DNA of 64,000 nucleotides from Microbacteriaceae bacterium (GCA_025463565.1 JAODAT010000001.1:9490-73489); one strand, 5' to 3'; positions 49,422 to 60,037 are shown, numbered from the stretch's first letter. The notes: a model not told the origin generated them from the sequence alone. Translations and numbers: made by a program.

Positions 49422-50677
49422 GTTCGTCCGGCTGGACCAACCCTGAGGAGAACACCCTCGGAGTCATCCTCGGTCGCCGAAATCGCGGCGGGGTGCCGAA
49501 CGCCTCGACCGCCGGCCGCGCGATGCGCCAGGCCAGTGCTCGCGGGGCGAGTCTCGGAACCGGCTATCTCGGGGTGGGCGCAAGCGTGCTGGCCGCCATC
49601 CAGGGCGTGTACGGCATCGCTCTTTTCCTCAGCCACGTCGGCGCATACCCGAGCCTCCTGCCAGTCGCCGTCGCGTGGCTGCTCTACGCCCTCACGCTGG
49701 TCGGAGTCGCCATCGCCATCGCGACCCGTGGCGAACGAATGCCCAACTGGATGTTCGGCGTCTTCCTCATCTTCCTGGCCGGCGTCGTCACCCTCGACCT
49801 CATCGCCGTTTGGCCGATGCATGACGTCGGACAGTTCGCCACGGCATCAGTCTCGGTCGGTTTCGGCCTTCTCGTCGCACTGACGCTGCGGCGCGGTCGC
49901 GAGGTGCTCGCCGCCGCCGTGCTGCTGTCGATCGCCGTGCTGGTCGCGATCGTCGTGACGACGCCCCTGACCCCCCAGAACATTCCCGCTCAGATCGTCG
50001 CGGTCGTGCTGTGCTTCGCTCCCGTCTCGATCGGTCTCTACGTCATCCGCCGCTTTCGACGAATCGTGCAGCTGGAGCTCGATCGGGTGCTCGTGCAGAG
50101 CACGGTCTCCGCGCCGCGATTCGCCGTCGGCATGCTCGCCTCCGAGGAACTCGCACGCCTCGACCTCGCGGCCGAGGAACTGCTCGACTCCGTCGCCACG
50201 GGCAAGACGAAGCTCCCGCTCACCCCCAAGACCGCGTCGGTGGCCGCGTCGCTTGCCACCGAGTTACGGCTGCATCTCATCGAGGGTCGTCGTGAGACCT
50301 GGCTCTACCATGCGATCACCGAGTCGGAGCAGCTCGGCAAGTCGGTGAGCCTCACCGATCGAGGCAGCCTGGCCGGGCTCCTCGACCCCACCCAGCGCGA
50401 CGGGCTGCTCGCCGCGGTCTGGCTGCTGGTCAGCGACAAGAGCAAGGGCTCGTCGACGGCCCAGCTCACCCTCGGTCCGGTCAGCTCGGCGCCCGATCCC
50501 GTGTCGAAGACGATCACGGTGCCGATCGTGCTCACCACCACCGAAGTCGCCCGCAATCGCGTAGACCCCGCGACCTGGGACGCGATCGGCAAGGTGGGCC
50601 GCTTCGTAGACTCCACCCAGAACTCCAGCCTGCGTGTCGAGATCGACTGCGTGGTCGGAAACCCCGCAGAGCAATAG
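49418..50677 (+). CDS. Multi-TM protein, degenerate sensor-kinase-like
   Basis: About 5-6 TM helices, then a helical and an alpha/beta domain with no H-box or G-boxes; GTGA-coupled to the kinase. Confidence 0.75.
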   Translation: MSSSGWTNPEENTLGVILGRRNRGGVPNASTAGRAMRQASARGASLGTGYLGVGASVLAAIQGVYGIALFLSHVGAYPSLLPVAVAWLLYALTLVGVAIAIATRGERMPNWMFGVFLIFLAGVVTLDLIAVWPMHDVGQFATASVSVGFGLLVALTLRRGREVLAAAVLLSIAVLVAIVVTTPLTPQNIPAQIVAVVLCFAPVSIGLYVIRRFRRIVQLELDRVLVQSTVSAPRFAVGMLASEELARLDLAAEELLDSVATGKTKLPLTPKTASVAASLATELRLHLIEGRRETWLYHAITESEQLGKSVSLTDRGSLAGLLDPTQRDGLLAAVWLLVSDKSKGSSTAQLTLGPVSSAPDPVSKTITVPIVLTTTEVARNRVDPATWDAIGKVGRFVDSTQNSSLRVEIDCVVGNPAEQ

Positions 50678-50713
50678 CCTAAAGAGCACGCCAAAACGAA
50701 ATGGACTGAAACC

Positions 50714-51388
50714 GTGGCAGAACCAGACGATCGAATCAGACTCGCACTCGTCGACGACCACCGGATGCTGCTCGGCGCGCTGACCGAGTGGATCAGGGGA
50801 GCCGCCAGCGACATCGACATGGTCGCCGCCGTCTCCACCTGGCCCGACCTGCTCAGCCACCCCGAGTTTCCCGTCGATGTCGTGCTGCTCGACGTCGACC
50901 TCAAAGACAACATCCCCATCTCGCTGAAGATCTCCACCCTGAAGACCACCGGGGTGAAGACGGTGCTCATGAGCACATACTCGGAGCCGAACGTGGTGCG
51001 TGAGGCTCTCGCCGCCGGCGCACTCGGCTACCTCGTGAAGAGTGAGGAGGCCGAGATGATCGTCGAGGCCATCCGCTCCGCGGCGAAGGGCGAGTCGTAT
51101 ATCTCGGCCGAGCTCGACCTGGCCCTCAACGCGAGTGATGTCGGCGGTGCGCCGAAGCTCAGCGCGCAGGAGCGCCGCGTGATGGCGCTCTACGGCGGCG
51201 GCGAGCCGGTGAAGGCCGTGGCCTTCCAGCTGGGTATCTCTGAGGAGACCGCGAAGTCCTACCTCAAACGCATCCGCGAGAAGTACCGGGTGGCCGGGAT
51301 CGATGTCGGCACCAAGGTGGCGTTGCGCAAGCGCGCCATCCAGGACGGCATTCTCATCTCGACGGACGCGCCGCAGGGCGCTTTCTAG
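50714..51388 (+). CDS. NarL/LuxR-type response regulator 2
   Basis: LVDDH, VLLDV, YLVK, LSAQE...EETAKSYLKRIREKY. Confidence 0.92.
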   Translation: MAEPDDRIRLALVDDHRMLLGALTEWIRGAASDIDMVAAVSTWPDLLSHPEFPVDVVLLDVDLKDNIPISLKISTLKTTGVKTVLMSTYSEPNVVREALAAGALGYLVKSEEAEMIVEAIRSAAKGESYISAELDLALNASDVGGAPKLSAQERRVMALYGGGEPVKAVAFQLGISEETAKSYLKRIREKYRVAGIDVGTKVALRKRAIQDGILISTDAPQGAF

Positions 51389-51406
51389 TAGTAACTCCGC
51401 GTTCAG

Positions 51407-52657
51407 TTACTCCGCGTTGAGCGGCACGATCGGACTGCGGTGCGATCCGTCGATCGTTCCACCGCGCTTGTGCTGCAGGATGACGCTGGCGCTGAACAAC
51501 AGGATGCCAGGAACCCACAGCCCGAGCCCGACCCACACCGGCGCCACGTAGCCGAACCCTGCCGCGATCACGAGGCCGCCGAGCGACGCGCCCAGGCTAT
51601 TGCCGATGTTGAGGGCCGAATGGTTGGCGGCCGCGCCCAGCGTCTGCGAGTCGCCGGCGACATCCATCAGCCTGGTCTGGATGGCTGGGGACAGCCCCGA
51701 GGTGGCGAACCCGACGAGGAACACCCCGATGAACAGGCCGACCGGCCAGTGCGAGGTGACGATGAGTTCGATGAGCGACGCCGCGAACACCCCGAAGAAC
51801 ACGAAGATGGCCCGCACCACACCCCGGTCGGCGAACCAGCCACCGAAGAGGTTGCCGGTGGTCATTCCCACTCCAAGAGCGACGAGCGAGAATGGCACGA
51901 CCGCGGCCGGCAGGTGCGCCACGTTCGTCGTGAGCGGCGCGACGTAGGTGTACACCGCGAAGAAGCCGCCGAAGCCGACCGCGCCGGTGAGCAGTGCCAG
52001 CCACACCTGCGCGCGCCCGAAGGCGGCGAGTTCACGCTTCATCGTTGCGGCCGGGTTTCCGGCCTGCAACGGTAAAAAACACAGCAGCATCACCAGCGTG
52101 AGGGCGAACACGCCGGCCACGGCGAGATAGGACACGCGCCAGCTGGTCGCCTGCCCGAGGAAGGTGATCAGCGGAACGCCGACGACGTTTGCGATGGTGA
52201 GGCCGACCAGAACGAACGCGACCCCGGCTCCGCGCTTGCCCGGACCCATCAGGTCGGCCGCGACCAGGGCCGCGATTCCGAAATACGCACCGTGCGGGAG
52301 TCCTGCGAGAAAACGCGCCCCCAGCACCAGCTCGAAGCTGGGCAGCACGGCCGACAGGATCGTGAAGAACGTGAACGCCGCGGCGAGCACCACCAGCAGC
52401 TGCTTGCGCGGGAACCGTGCCGCGAAGGCGGCGATCGTGGGCGCACCGACGACGACGCCGAGCGCGTACGCGGAGGCGAGGAGTCCCGCTTTCGCGTTTG
52501 CGGCATCCGTCGACAGGGTCGGAAGCAGGTCGTGCGCGATGTTGGGCAGAAGGCCCAGCACGACGAATTCGGTGCAGCCGATGCCGAAGCCACCGACGGC
52601 GAGGGCGAGCAGGGCGAGGCGTACGCGTGCGGGCGAGAGGGGTGTAGCCAGGGTCAC
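51407..52657 (-). CDS. MFS transporter (DHA1/AraJ-like)
   Basis: GFGIG.TEF..LGLLP, AYALGVVVGAP, HGAYFG, NHSALNIGN. Confidence 0.92.
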   Translation of the reverse strand: MTLATPLSPARVRLALLALAVGGFGIGCTEFVVLGLLPNIAHDLLPTLSTDAANAKAGLLASAYALGVVVGAPTIAAFAARFPRKQLLVVLAAAFTFFTILSAVLPSFELVLGARFLAGLPHGAYFGIAALVAADLMGPGKRGAGVAFVLVGLTIANVVGVPLITFLGQATSWRVSYLAVAGVFALTLVMLLCFLPLQAGNPAATMKRELAAFGRAQVWLALLTGAVGFGGFFAVYTYVAPLTTNVAHLPAAVVPFSLVALGVGMTTGNLFGGWFADRGVVRAIFVFFGVFAASLIELIVTSHWPVGLFIGVFLVGFATSGLSPAIQTRLMDVAGDSQTLGAAANHSALNIGNSLGASLGGLVIAAGFGYVAPVWVGLGLWVPGILLFSASVILQHKRGGTIDGSHRSPIVPLNAE

Positions 52658-52661
52658 CTGC

Positions 52662-52958
52662 CTATTCTTCCAGTGCCCGCTCCAGGCGCTCGACCTTGCC
52701 GGTCAACTCGCCGCTGTGGCCAGGTCGGATGTCCGCCTTCAGCACCAGCGAGACGCGCGGCCCGAAGGCCGCCACGGCATCCGTGGCCCGCTTGATCACG
52801 TCGAAGACCTCATCCCACTCCCCCTCGATGGTGGTGAACATCGAGTCGGTGTGGTTCGGCAGCCCGGATTCGCGCACGATCCGTACCGCCGCCGCGACGG
52901 CATCGTGCACCGAGTCGCCCTCGGCGCCGCTCGGTGCAACTGAGAATGCGACCAGCAT
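52662..52958 (-). CDS. MTH1187/thiamine-binding family protein
   Basis: MLVAFSVAP, SGLPN.T.SMFTTIEGEWDEV, RVSLVLKADIRP. Confidence 0.9.
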   Translation of the reverse strand: MLVAFSVAPSGAEGDSVHDAVAAAVRIVRESGLPNHTDSMFTTIEGEWDEVFDVIKRATDAVAAFGPRVSLVLKADIRPGHSGELTGKVERLERALEE

Positions 52959-52967
52959 GCTTCTCCT

Positions 52968-54287
52968 TCAGTCGTTTACGCGGGTGCTGTGATTTCCCGC
53001 GAACGGCCACACTTCGGGCAGCCACTCACGATCATCGGGCGCGTCGGAATGGACTCTACGCGCGGACTGTACGAGTGACACCACCGACCAGGCGAGAAGC
53101 GCGATCAGGACGATGTCTTTCGCCGTGACCACCAGAAGCATCATCGGGTTGAGGCCGAGCAGGTACCCGTACAGGTAGGGGTAGATCACCTGCGTGAGGG
53201 CAGCCACCACCGTCACGAGAATGGTCGGGGTGCGAAAGGACCTGCCGGTGCCGGCCGAGGACGCAGCGAGCCCGAGGATCACCGGCACCGCAAGCCAGCC
53301 CATGTACTGCGGCGACCCGACCTTGTTGAACACGATGAATGCGGCGACGAGACCGATGGAGAGCGTCGGCAGCAGGTCGGCAACGCGGGTTCCGCGACGG
53401 GCCGCGAAAATACCGACGACGACCACGCCGGCGAGCACCACCAGCATGAGCGGCGTCATCACCGCGGCGGCGACATCCACTCCCGCGCCTTTCACCTGCC
53501 AGGTGAGGATGCTCGAGTCGTAATAGACGCCGGTGCCGGGCAGGCCGGCGTACGCGCGCCACAGCCAGATGGTCGAGACGGGCGCCTCGACCTGCAGGCC
53601 CCGCCCGGTCTGCGTGGTGATGAAGCTGAACACGTTGAGGCCGCTGCCGAGGGCGAGCGCGATCGCGATGATCGCAGCACTCGTGATCACGGCCGTGAGC
53701 AGGACCTCGCCGCGGCGCTTCACGCTGATGATGGCCGCGGCGATGATCGCGGCAGGCCACACCTTGATCCAGGTGGCGATTGTCAGTATGAAGACGGCGA
53801 GACGCGGACGTGTCGCCAGAAAGAGCACGCCGACAATCGCGATCGGCACCGAGATCGAGTCGATGCGGCCGAGCGCGATCGGCCCGAGCAGCACGAGAAA
53901 GCCGAGCCACCACCACGCGACCGCGGTATTGCGGCGACGCACTCCCCAGCCGAGGATGGCGGCGAACGCGACGGCGTCCAGCAGCATGACGAGCGACAGC
54001 CAGGTCGCCGAGTACTGGGCGACGCCGAACGCCCGCGCGGCGAGCATCGGAAGCATCGCGACAATCGGGTACACCCAGGCGCTGTCGATGCCCTCGCGGT
54101 AGTGCGCGACGACGAATTGGTCTGTCCAGAACCGGTAGACGAACTGCACGTCGCCAAGCGGTTCACCCGGCCCGCTGAGGTTGAGGAATCCGAGCCAGAA
54201 ATGCACGACCACGAACGCACCCCAGAGCAGCACGGGGTTCGAGAGGACGGCGCGCCAGCCGGTGGGGGGCTGGGGCGCGTCGGTCAC
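52968..54287 (-). CDS. GT87-like polyprenyl-phosphate mannosyltransferase
   Basis: GDV..VY, WVYP, GRID, WIKVWP, RGLQVE, NKVGSPQY; many TM helices. Confidence 0.85.
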   Translation of the reverse strand: MTDAPQPPTGWRAVLSNPVLLWGAFVVVHFWLGFLNLSGPGEPLGDVQFVYRFWTDQFVVAHYREGIDSAWVYPIVAMLPMLAARAFGVAQYSATWLSLVMLLDAVAFAAILGWGVRRRNTAVAWWWLGFLVLLGPIALGRIDSISVPIAIVGVLFLATRPRLAVFILTIATWIKVWPAAIIAAAIISVKRRGEVLLTAVITSAAIIAIALALGSGLNVFSFITTQTGRGLQVEAPVSTIWLWRAYAGLPGTGVYYDSSILTWQVKGAGVDVAAAVMTPLMLVVLAGVVVVGIFAARRGTRVADLLPTLSIGLVAAFIVFNKVGSPQYMGWLAVPVILGLAASSAGTGRSFRTPTILVTVVAALTQVIYPYLYGYLLGLNPMMLLVVTAKDIVLIALLAWSVVSLVQSARRVHSDAPDDREWLPEVWPFAGNHSTRVND

Positions 54288-54291
54288 CGGC

Positions 54292-55125
54292 CTAGCGTAG
54301 CGGGTCGTCCCCGACCAGCCCTGCGATGACACCGGAGACCGCGCCGGCAAGAGCGAGCACAGTGAACGGCCCGCCGGAGCCCGCGTGTCGCGCGGCGAGA
54401 CCGTGGAGCACGGATGCCGTGGCAGCCAGGCGGGCGAGCGCGCCGCCATCCCGGGCGATTTCTTCCGCGTGGGTCGCCACCAGCGCCCCGACGATGCCGC
54501 CGAGCGCGTCGCCGGCACCGGCCGTCGCCAGCCAGGACGGTGCCTCAGCCGCGACCAGCCGGGTGCCATCCGGGGCTGCGACGTAGGTTCGGTGACCCTT
54601 CAGCAGCACGGTGACACCCAGTTCGCCGGCTGCGCGCTCGGCAGCCCCAGCGGGGTCGGCGGCGATGTCGTCTTTATCGAGGTTCATCACCCGGGCCAGT
54701 TCGCCGAAGTGCGGGGTGATCAGCAGTGGACCCGAGGCCTTGTCGATCAGGTCGAGCGCCCCAGCGTCGAGCACGACGGGCACGCCCTGGCTCATGGCCA
54801 CTTCGAGCCGACCCGCGGTCTCCGGGTCGCGGGTTGCCGCGTCCATGCCCGAGCCGAGCAGCCAGGCCTGAACGCGGCCGGGAGCGGTGACCGCCTCGGG
54901 TCGCCGGCGCAGCACGAAGTCCGCCGCGCGGGCCTCGCCGAGGTACCTCAGCATTCCCACACCCGTGTGCAGCGCCGCCTCCGCCCCGAGCACCGCGGCC
55001 CCCGGGTACTGGCCGGAGCCGGTGATCATGCCGAGCACGCCTCGTGAATACTTGTCGTCGTTCTCTCCCGGCACGGCGATCTGGCCGGCGGCATCGGCCG
55101 GGGTCCAGGCGGTGTAGCTGCTCAT
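54292..55125 (-). CDS. nnrD: ADP-dependent NAD(P)H-hydrate dehydratase
   Basis: DKYSRG, GS.QYPGA, DAGAL, TPHFGE, LLKG, LATAGAGDALGG. Confidence 0.9.
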   Translation of the reverse strand: MSSYTAWTPADAAGQIAVPGENDDKYSRGVLGMITGSGQYPGAAVLGAEAALHTGVGMLRYLGEARAADFVLRRRPEAVTAPGRVQAWLLGSGMDAATRDPETAGRLEVAMSQGVPVVLDAGALDLIDKASGPLLITPHFGELARVMNLDKDDIAADPAGAAERAAGELGVTVLLKGHRTYVAAPDGTRLVAAEAPSWLATAGAGDALGGIVGALVATHAEEIARDGGALARLAATASVLHGLAARHAGSGGPFTVLALAGAVSGVIAGLVGDDPLR

Positions 55126-55162
55126 GCGACCCACGATAGGCGCACCACGATAGTTTGAACGG

Positions 55163-55789
55163 ATGCCCAACTCGCCTTCACCCCTCACTGTCAGCGATCG
55201 CGTGATCGTGTTCGACTACGGCGAGGTCATCTCCCGCAGCCCCAGCGAACGCGACCGCGCCGACATCGTCGCCGTGGCCCGCGTGCCGGATGCGGTGTTC
55301 TGGGGGCCGTACTGGCGGCACCGGGAGGGACTCGACCAGGGCACCATCGGCATCCGCGAGTACTGGCAGCTGGTCGCATCCGACCTGGGCGTCGAGTTCT
55401 CGGAGTCGCGCATCCAGGAAATCTGGGTGGCCGATTTCAGCGGCTGGATCAGCATCGAGCCGGCGGTGTTCGACATCATCTCCGACCTGTCCGCCGGCGG
55501 ATCCCGCATCGCGCTGCTCTCGAACGCCGGCTTCGACTTCTCCAGCCCGCTGCGGTCATCCCCGATCTCGCGCTTCTTCGAGCGCGTCTTCGTGAGCGCG
55601 GAACTCGGGCTGGTGAAACCCGATCCGCAGATCTACCTCGAAGTAGCCCGCGAGCTGGGAATAACCCCGGCCGAAATGGTCTTCATCGACAATAAGCAGG
55701 AGAACGTGGATGCTGCGGTAGCCCTGGGCGTGACCGGCCACCTCTTCACCTCGGCGCGGCTCCTGCGATCGTTCCTCGAAACGCTTTAG
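55163..55789 (+). CDS. HAD family phosphatase
   Basis: FDYGEV, LSN, KPDP.IY, FIDN..ENV.AA. Confidence 0.88.
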   Translation: MPNSPSPLTVSDRVIVFDYGEVISRSPSERDRADIVAVARVPDAVFWGPYWRHREGLDQGTIGIREYWQLVASDLGVEFSESRIQEIWVADFSGWISIEPAVFDIISDLSAGGSRIALLSNAGFDFSSPLRSSPISRFFERVFVSAELGLVKPDPQIYLEVARELGITPAEMVFIDNKQENVDAAVALGVTGHLFTSARLLRSFLETL

Positions 55790-55796
55790 GACCACC

Positions 55797-56885
55797 ATGT
55801 CGACACCAGCCCTTTTCACCAGCATGACGATCCGCTCGCTCACCGTGCGCAACCGCATCTGGGTGGCCCCGATGTGCGAGTACTCCGTGGAGAGGTTCGA
55901 CGGCGTGCCCACCACCTGGCACCTCGTGCACCTCGGCGGCTTCGCCCGCGGTGGAGCGGGCCTTGTTGTGACGGAGGCGACCGCGGTCAGCGCCGAGGGC
56001 AGGATCTCCCCGTGGGACACCGGCATCTGGTCCGACGAGCAGCGCGATGCCTGGGCACCGATCGTGGCATTCCTGCACGAGCAGGGCGCGGCCGCCGGCA
56101 TCCAGCTCGCCCACGCCGGACGCAAGGCCAGTACGTATCGTCCGTGGAGCGAGACACAGGGCACCGTTCCCGCGAGCGATGGCGGCTGGCCGGCCGTCGC
56201 TCCGTCGGCTGTCGCGTTCACCGGCTACGACACACCGCTCGCGTTGGATCTCGACGGGATCGCACAGGTGGTCGCCGACTTCGCGGCGGCCGCCCGACGT
56301 TCGGTCGACGCGGGCTTCGACCTGCTCGAACTGCACGCCGCCCACGGCTACCTGTTGCACCAGTTCCTCTCACCGCTCTCCAACCTGCGGAGTGACCAGT
56401 ACGGCGGAAGCCTCGAGAACCGCGCCCGGCTGCTGCTCGAGGTGATCACGGCGGTGCGCGCGGAGGTGGGCGAGACGGTGCCGTTGTTCGTGCGATTCTC
56501 CGCCACCGACTACGCCGAGGGCGGCTGGACCCGGGAACAGACGGCGATCGTCGCTGGCTGGGCCAGGGACGCCGGCGCGGATCTCTTCGACATCTCCAGC
56601 GGCGGACTCGTCACCGGCGTGCACGTCCCGCTCGGTCCCGGCTACCAGGTGCCGTTCGCCGAATTCGTGAAAGACGAGTCGGATGTCGAGGTGAGCGCGG
56701 TAGGCCTCATCACAGACGCGCACCAGGCCAACGAGATCGTCGAGTCGGGTCGCGCCGATGCGGTGATGCTCGCCCGGGCCATCATGCGCGACCCGCATTT
56801 CGCACTGCGCGCCGCCCACGAGCTCGGCTACGAGCCCCCCTATTGGCCGCCGCAGTACCTGCGAGCGCGCTGGCCCAAGGACTAG
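55797..56885 (+). CDS. NADH:flavin oxidoreductase (Old Yellow Enzyme, YqjM-like)
   Basis: APMCEYS, QLAHAGRK, HAAHGYLLHQFLSP, YGGSLENR, PPQYLR. Confidence 0.93.
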   Translation: MSTPALFTSMTIRSLTVRNRIWVAPMCEYSVERFDGVPTTWHLVHLGGFARGGAGLVVTEATAVSAEGRISPWDTGIWSDEQRDAWAPIVAFLHEQGAAAGIQLAHAGRKASTYRPWSETQGTVPASDGGWPAVAPSAVAFTGYDTPLALDLDGIAQVVADFAAAARRSVDAGFDLLELHAAHGYLLHQFLSPLSNLRSDQYGGSLENRARLLLEVITAVRAEVGETVPLFVRFSATDYAEGGWTREQTAIVAGWARDAGADLFDISSGGLVTGVHVPLGPGYQVPFAEFVKDESDVEVSAVGLITDAHQANEIVESGRADAVMLARAIMRDPHFALRAAHELGYEPPYWPPQYLRARWPKD

Positions 56886-58318
56886 CCGACTCGGCGCGAC
56901 CGGACGAACCCGAAGCCGACGAGGGCCGCGGCAACCGCGGCGAGCGCGATCCCAGCGATCATGATCCCCTGCTGGAACTCGCCGGTCTGCTCTGCCGTCC
57001 ACGGGGTGCTCGAGATCGTCCCGGTGAAGATCGCGGCGAGGATCGTCCCGGTGACCGCGATGCCGACGCCGGTCGCCACCTCGCTGGCGGTATCGACCAG
57101 GGCGGCGCCGATCGAGGTGCGATTCTCGGGCAGGCCGCGGAGTACGTTGGTGCCCGCGACCACACCGTTGATGCGGATGCCCGCGGCGACGAGTGCCAGG
57201 GCGATCGCGATCCAGACATAGCCGTCACTGCTGAACAGCGCGAACACGGCGAGCCCCACTACGACGCCTGTGGCGCTGATCCAGGCCGAGGCGGTCATGC
57301 CGACCTTCTCGATGAACCGGTTCGACAGCGGCCCGCCGAAGATCAGCACGACCACCTGCGGGAGCATCCCGATGGACGCCAGGTAGGGCGGCCAGCCCCA
57401 GTCGAGCTGCAGCTGCAGCGTGACCATGTAGCCCATGCCGGCGACGGCGAGTCCGGTCGCGGCCTTGAAGGCGAGGCCACTCGACACGAGCGGCCGGGCG
57501 ACGAGCGCCAGGTCGAGCAGCGGGTAACGGGCCGTTCGCTCGCGCAGCACGAAGAGCACCGCGCAGATCATCGCCGCGCCGGCCGCCGTCCACGGCAGCC
57601 AGGACCGCACACCCTCATTCACGAACAGTGTGGGAGCGATGAGCGCGATGACTATGGTCGCCGTGCCGAGCACCGCCCCACCGATGTCGATCGGGTCGCG
57701 GTGAAGTTCGGCCGGGTCGTCGGCGGCGATACCCAGCCGGATGCCGATGATCGCGAGGATCGCGATCGGCACGTTGACGAGCAGCAGCACCTGCCACGGC
57801 GCGATCGCCAGTACGAAACCGCCCGCCGTCGGACCGATGGCAAGGCCGACCAGGCCGACGGTGGAGATGAGGGTCATCGCGCGCACCCGGAGCGTGTCGC
57901 CCTGGAAGAGCCGGAAGGCGAGCGCGATCGATCCCGGTGTGGTCATTGCGGCGGCGATGCCCATGACGACGCGAACGGCGATCAGCTCCCATGATGTCGT
58001 CACGAACGCGGTCGCAAGGCTCGCGAGCCCGAGCAGCACCAGGCCGACGAACATCACCCGGCGACGGCCGACCCGGTCGGCGATGGCACCGAAAGCGAGC
58101 ATCAAACCACCGAAGACGACCGCGTACGAGCCGGTGACCCACTGCAGGTCGGTGGTCGTCGCGTGCAGGTCGCGGCCGATGGTCGGCAGCGCGACATTGA
58201 GAATGGAGTTGTCGAGCATCTCGAAGAGGAAGACTGCGGAGAGACCCGCGAGGGCGATCCACGCCTCCCGAAGCCGGGTCGGCGAGGTGCGCGTGATGGG
58301 CGTCGGTTCGGATAGCAT
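56882..58318 (-). CDS. DHA2 MFS transporter
   Basis: LDNSILNVALP, IADRVGRRR, VNVP. Confidence 0.9.
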   Translation of the reverse strand: MLSEPTPITRTSPTRLREAWIALAGLSAVFLFEMLDNSILNVALPTIGRDLHATTTDLQWVTGSYAVVFGGLMLAFGAIADRVGRRRVMFVGLVLLGLASLATAFVTTSWELIAVRVVMGIAAAMTTPGSIALAFRLFQGDTLRVRAMTLISTVGLVGLAIGPTAGGFVLAIAPWQVLLLVNVPIAILAIIGIRLGIAADDPAELHRDPIDIGGAVLGTATIVIALIAPTLFVNEGVRSWLPWTAAGAAMICAVLFVLRERTARYPLLDLALVARPLVSSGLAFKAATGLAVAGMGYMVTLQLQLDWGWPPYLASIGMLPQVVVLIFGGPLSNRFIEKVGMTASAWISATGVVVGLAVFALFSSDGYVWIAIALALVAAGIRINGVVAGTNVLRGLPENRTSIGAALVDTASEVATGVGIAVTGTILAAIFTGTISSTPWTAEQTGEFQQGIMIAGIALAAVAAALVGFGFVRSRRVG

Positions 58319-58319
58319 G

Positions 58320-58346
58320 TGACTAGGTTATCTGACTAAGTTTAGT
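58320..58346. promoter_or_regulatory. TetR operator candidate
   Basis: TGACTA(G/A)GTT direct repeat (58320, 58333) and ACTAA-GT-TTAGT palindrome in the divergent intergenic region. Confidence 0.5.
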
Positions 58347-58382
58347 TGCACAAGGTAGTGACCATCCGGAAAGCGAGGGACG

Positions 58383-58991
58383 ATGGCGAGAACCAGTGCG
58401 CGCGGCGGGCCGCAAACTCGCGAACGCATCCGCGAGGTCGCCAACCGACTGTTCCTCGAGCGCGGCTACGACTCGGTGACCGTGGCGGAGATCGCGCGCG
58501 AGTCCGGCGTCTCGAGCGTGACGGTGTTCAACCACTTCCCCAGCAAAGAAGACCTCTTCCTCGACCGCACCGACGACGCGGTCGAGTTCCTGCGCTCGGC
58601 GGTGCGGGACCGCGCCGCCGGCGTTGACGTGCTGGCCTCCCTGCACGAGCAGAGCCTGGAACTGTTCACCCAGCGGCACCCGCTCGCGGGCGTGGACCCG
58701 CGCTCCGCGCCGTTCTATCGCACCGTCGCCGAGTCGTCAGCGCTGATCGCCCGCGCGCGCCAGATCGTGGCCGAACTGCAGCGCACGCTGGCCGACGAGC
58801 TGGTCGCTGACCCGAGGTTCGATGGTGACGGGCCGCTCCTGGCCGCGCTGTTCATCGGAGGGTACGGCTCCGTCATGGTCGAGACCGGCCGCCGACTCAT
58901 CGCGGGCGACCCGTATCCCGCCGTGGTCGACGACCATCGCGAACGGCTGGAGCGCCTGTTCGCCGCTCTCCGTGACGGCGTGGCCAGCTAG
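58383..58991 (+). CDS. TetR family regulator
   Basis: LFLERGYD.VTVAEIA...GVS..TVFNHFPSKEDL. Confidence 0.92.
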   Translation: MARTSARGGPQTRERIREVANRLFLERGYDSVTVAEIARESGVSSVTVFNHFPSKEDLFLDRTDDAVEFLRSAVRDRAAGVDVLASLHEQSLELFTQRHPLAGVDPRSAPFYRTVAESSALIARARQIVAELQRTLADELVADPRFDGDGPLLAALFIGGYGSVMVETGRRLIAGDPYPAVVDDHRERLERLFAALRDGVAS

Positions 58992-58996
58992 CTCAC

Positions 58997-60037
58997 CTAG
59001 TCGCGCCGAGTGGCGTCCTGCACCTCGCCGACCAGTTCTTCGATGATGTCCTCGAGAAACACGATGCCCCGGGTATCGCCGGAATCGTCGAACACCCGCG
59101 ACAGGTGAACGCCGGAGCGGCGCATCGCGGCGAGCGCGTCCTCCAGGTCGGTGTCGCGGGAGATCGAGATGAGCTGGCGGATGCGCTTCGGCGGCACCGG
59201 CTCGGTGAACTCGACCGGGTCTTCGAGGTCGATGACGTCTTTCAGGTGCAGGTAGCCGGTCGGCTCCCCCACATCGTCCACGAGCACGTATCGGGAGAAC
59301 CCGTTCTGCGCCACCGCGCGCTCCACATCGGCCGGCGTCGCCGCCTCGGACAGGCTCACCAGGTCGGACATGCCGACAGTGATGTCTTTGACCTTCTTGA
59401 TGCTGAACTCGAACGCCGCGTTGAGCTGGCCGTAATCATCGGTGAGTATGCCCTCCTTCGTCGACTCGGCGACGATCGTGGCCACCTCGTCCACGGTGAA
59501 CGCCGTGCTCGCCTCGTTCTTCGGCTGCACCCGGAACAGCAGCAGCACCCCGTTGGCGGTCTTGTTGAGGAAGACGATGATCGGCCGGAACAGGCGCGAA
59601 AGAAAGACCAGCGGCGGAGCCAGGATGAGCGCAGCGCGATCCGGCACCGAGAAGGAGATGTTCTTCGGCACCATCTCACCGATCACCACATGCAGGAAGG
59701 AGACGATGACCAGCGTGACGATGAACGCGATCGTGGTCGTGACGCCTTCCGCCCAGCCGGTGAGATGCAGCGGCACCGAGAGCAGGTGATGGATGGCCGG
59801 CTCCGACACGTTGAGGATCAGCAGCGAGGCGACGGTGATTCCGAGCTGGCTGGTGGCCAGCATCATCGTGGCGTGCTCCATCGCATAGAGCGTGGTCTTC
59901 GCGGCCCGGCTGCCCGCTTCGGCGCGCGGTTCGATCTGCGAGCGCCGCGCGGAGATGATCGCGAACTCCGCGGCGACGAAGAATGAGTTCACCAGTAGCA
60001 GCACGACCAGCCAGGCGATTCCCGCCCAGTCGTTCAC
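58997..60037 (-). CDS. CNNM/HlyC-CorC family (DUF21-CBS) protein
   Basis: [35 protein letters not shown]. Confidence 0.92.
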   Translation of the reverse strand: MNDWAGIAWLVVLLLVNSFFVAAEFAIISARRSQIEPRAEAGSRAAKTTLYAMEHATMMLATSQLGITVASLLILNVSEPAIHHLLSVPLHLTGWAEGVTTTIAFIVTLVIVSFLHVVIGEMVPKNISFSVPDRAALILAPPLVFLSRLFRPIIVFLNKTANGVLLLFRVQPKNEASTAFTVDEVATIVAESTKEGILTDDYGQLNAAFEFSIKKVKDITVGMSDLVSLSEAATPADVERAVAQNGFSRYVLVDDVGEPTGYLHLKDVIDLEDPVEFTEPVPPKRIRQLISISRDTDLEDALAAMRRSGVHLSRVFDDSGDTRGIVFLEDIIEELVGEVQDATRRD

